From positions 4-64,003 of the forward strand of contig JASFTQ010000001.1 in the NCBI GenBank assembly GCA_050053515.1: 64,000 nt of DNA, read 5' to 3'. The notes below the pieces were generated by a model. It ran no database searches. It was not told where the DNA came from and saw only the letters and a list, made by a program, of their open reading frames with translations. A program made the translations under genes and the position numbers. Shown in pieces: positions 62,408 through 64,000 of the stretch. Numbering within the stretch: position 1 is the stretch's first letter; every line of letters begins with the position of its first letter. Origin of the DNA: Desulfobacterales bacterium. GTDB lineage: Bacteria; Desulfobacterota; Desulfobacteria; Desulfobacterales; G020354645.

Positions 62408-64000
62408 TCAGGTTTGCGCGCCTTTGAGCGCTTCTTGATAAAATTTGCTGACATATTCTTTGACCATCCGGCGGGCGGAAAACTTCGCGGCATTGCTCTT
62501 TATGGATTCTTTCATGACCTTTACCCACCCAAACGGTATGCCCTCTTCAGACACATGGTAATATAACGGGATAATTTCTTCTTCAATGATACGATAAACT
62601 TCGTTGGCATCATGTTGATCTCGATTTCCTTGGACTTCTTCATGACCAAGGGCCCAACCGTTTTTTTGGTTGTATCCTTCCAGCCACCAGCCATCCAGAA
62701 TGCTCAGCTGAGGGACACCGTTGAGCGCGGCTTTCATACCACTGGTGCCGCTGGCTTCCATGGGCGGCAGCGGATTGTTCAGCCAGACATCCACCCCGTG
62801 AACAAGATACTGGGCCAGTTGTTCACCGTAGTCTTCGACAAATGCAATGCGCCCCCCCATATCCGGGTTGCGGCTGTCATTGAATATTCTTTGCAGGATC
62901 CGTTTGCCGGGATCATCTGCGGGGTGAGCCTTACCGGCGAATATGATCTGGATCGGACGCCAGCGGTCATTGAGGAGTCTTTTTAAACGCTCGATGTCAT
63001 AAAAAATGAGATCGGCCCGCTTGTAGGTTGCAAATCGGCGTGCAAAACCAAAAGTCAAAATTGACGGATCAAGCAGAGCCCCGCCGGCAAAAACGATTGA
63101 GGGATTGGCACGGTCCCTGGCCCAGCGCAGGCGGGATCGCTCCCGAATGGCATCGATCAGTTTGATTTTCAGCCAATAGTGGGTTTTCCATAAATCATCG
63201 TCCGGTATTTTTTCAATCAGCTCCCAAACAAAGGGATTATCGTGATCCTCCAGCCAGCCCGAAACAAAATATTTATTGAACAGCAACATCATTTTCGGTT
63301 CCAACCATGTCGGCACGTGCACACCGTTGGTTACATGATCAATCGGCACATTATCGACCGGTACATCCGGCCAGAGACTTTGCCACATGTGTCGCGACAC
63401 CTCGGCGTGTTTTTTACTGACGGCATTATGATAGGCAGAGGCCTTAACGGCGAAGGCCGTCATATTGAAACCCGATTGGGAATCACCGGGATGAACGCCC
63501 ATTTGAAGGAACCTGTCGCGATCAATTCCCAGGGCCGGCCAGTAGGAATGAAAATATTTTTCCATCAAATAGAAGGGGAATACATCATGGCCGGCCGGTA
63601 CCGGAGTGTGGGTTGTAAAAACACTGGAATTGCGAACCTGATTAAAAGCCTCTTCAAATGTCATCCCGCCTTGAACGCGATCTCTAATCCGTTCTAAAAG
63701 GGCAAAAGCTGCATGCCCCTCATTGAGATGCAAAACGGAATATTTTATGCCCAGAACATCCAAAATTTCCGCCCCACCGATGCCCAGAACAATTTCCTGG
63801 CGCAAGCGCTGCTCGATATCTCCGATATATAAACGAGCCGATATTTCCCGGTTCCAGGGTTCATTTAGCTCGATATCCGTATCCATCAAATAAAGTGATA
63901 ACCGGCCGACGGCCACTTTCCAAACGGCAACCTGTATGGGGGGGTCGATAAATGGAACCTTTACCACCAGCTGGTTTCCATCTTCGGTCAAGACCCTGGA
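62408..64000 (-). CDS. glgP: alpha-glucan phosphorylase (GlgP family); the N-terminus lies outside the window
   Basis: The frame stays open to position 64000. The PLP-lysine region is EASGTSGMKAALNG, with surrounding blocks FARRFATYKR and IIFAGKAHPAD. It lies 24 nt upstream of the ALDH gene. Confidence 0.85.
   Translation of the reverse strand, partial: SRVLTEDGNQLVVKVPFIDPPIQVAVWKVAVGRLSLYLMDTDIELNEPWNREISARLYIGDIEQRLRQEIVLGIGGAEILDVLGIKYSVLHLNEGHAAFALLERIRDRVQGGMTFEEAFNQVRNSSVFTTHTPVPAGHDVFPFYLMEKYFHSYWPALGIDRDRFLQMGVHPGDSQSGFNMTAFAVKASAYHNAVSKKHAEVSRHMWQSLWPDVPVDNVPIDHVTNGVHVPTWLEPKMMLLFNKYFVSGWLEDHDNPFVWELIEKIPDDDLWKTHYWLKIKLIDAIRERSRLRWARDRANPSIVFAGGALLDPSILTFGFARRFATYKRADLIFYDIERLKRLLNDRWRPIQIIFAGKAHPADDPGKRILQRIFNDSRNPDMGGRIAFVEDYGEQLAQYLVHGVDVWLNNPLPPMEASGTSGMKAALNGVPQLSILDGWWLEGYNQKNGWALGHEEVQGNRDQHDANEVYRIIEEEIIPLYYHVSEEGIPFGWVKVMKESIKSNAAKFSARRMVKEYVSKFYQEALKGAQT

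Overview
This is a chromosomal window with about 47 protein-coding genes. I recognised no rRNA, tRNA or CRISPR array. The gene content includes an Otr-type octaheme cytochrome, a heptaheme c cytochrome, a tetraheme cytochrome c3, an NtrC-type activator and several TGGCA[CT]-N5-TTGC promoters. This suggests a sulfate-reducer-like deltaproteobacterial genome, but that taxonomic guess is inference only. Four themes stand out. (1) Proteostasis and stress: an hsp20 plus Lon-like protease operon, a ClpP-like gene, lon, clpB and two tandem-USP genes, plus decayed relics of groEL and of an hspR/cbpM-type regulator. (2) Ion and osmotic homeostasis: three MscS-family channels, CorA, two CNNM/CorB-like proteins, a decayed mgtE, a CaCA antiporter, PiT with its DUF47 partner, an SLC12-type cotransporter, a YeiH-family protein and an MFS transporter. 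(3) Carbon and redox metabolism: amylosucrase, alpha-glucan phosphorylase, a GapN-like ALDH, SthA and a GDH-CBS fusion. (4) Respiration: a tightly coupled otr / heptaheme / cytochrome b / split YeeE-YedE operon. The non-coding DNA holds three MITE-like families with terminal inverted repeats and target-site duplications, one hairpin-repeat family, and five sigma-54 promoter matches, all intergenic and pointing into genes. The best candidates for undescribed biology are: the sigma-54 module (eRF1/Host_attach-like protein, pseudo-receiver activator, sigma-54-driven small secreted protein); the Otr-YeeE operon; the retropepsin / 7TM-transglutaminase / RimK-like ligase triad; a ClpP paralog with the catalytic His replaced by Arg; an internally deleted archaeal-type SAM synthetase at the head of a PiT operon; and an ABC exporter with a very large insertion in its ATPase domain. 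All family assignments rest on motif recognition by eye. No database search was run.
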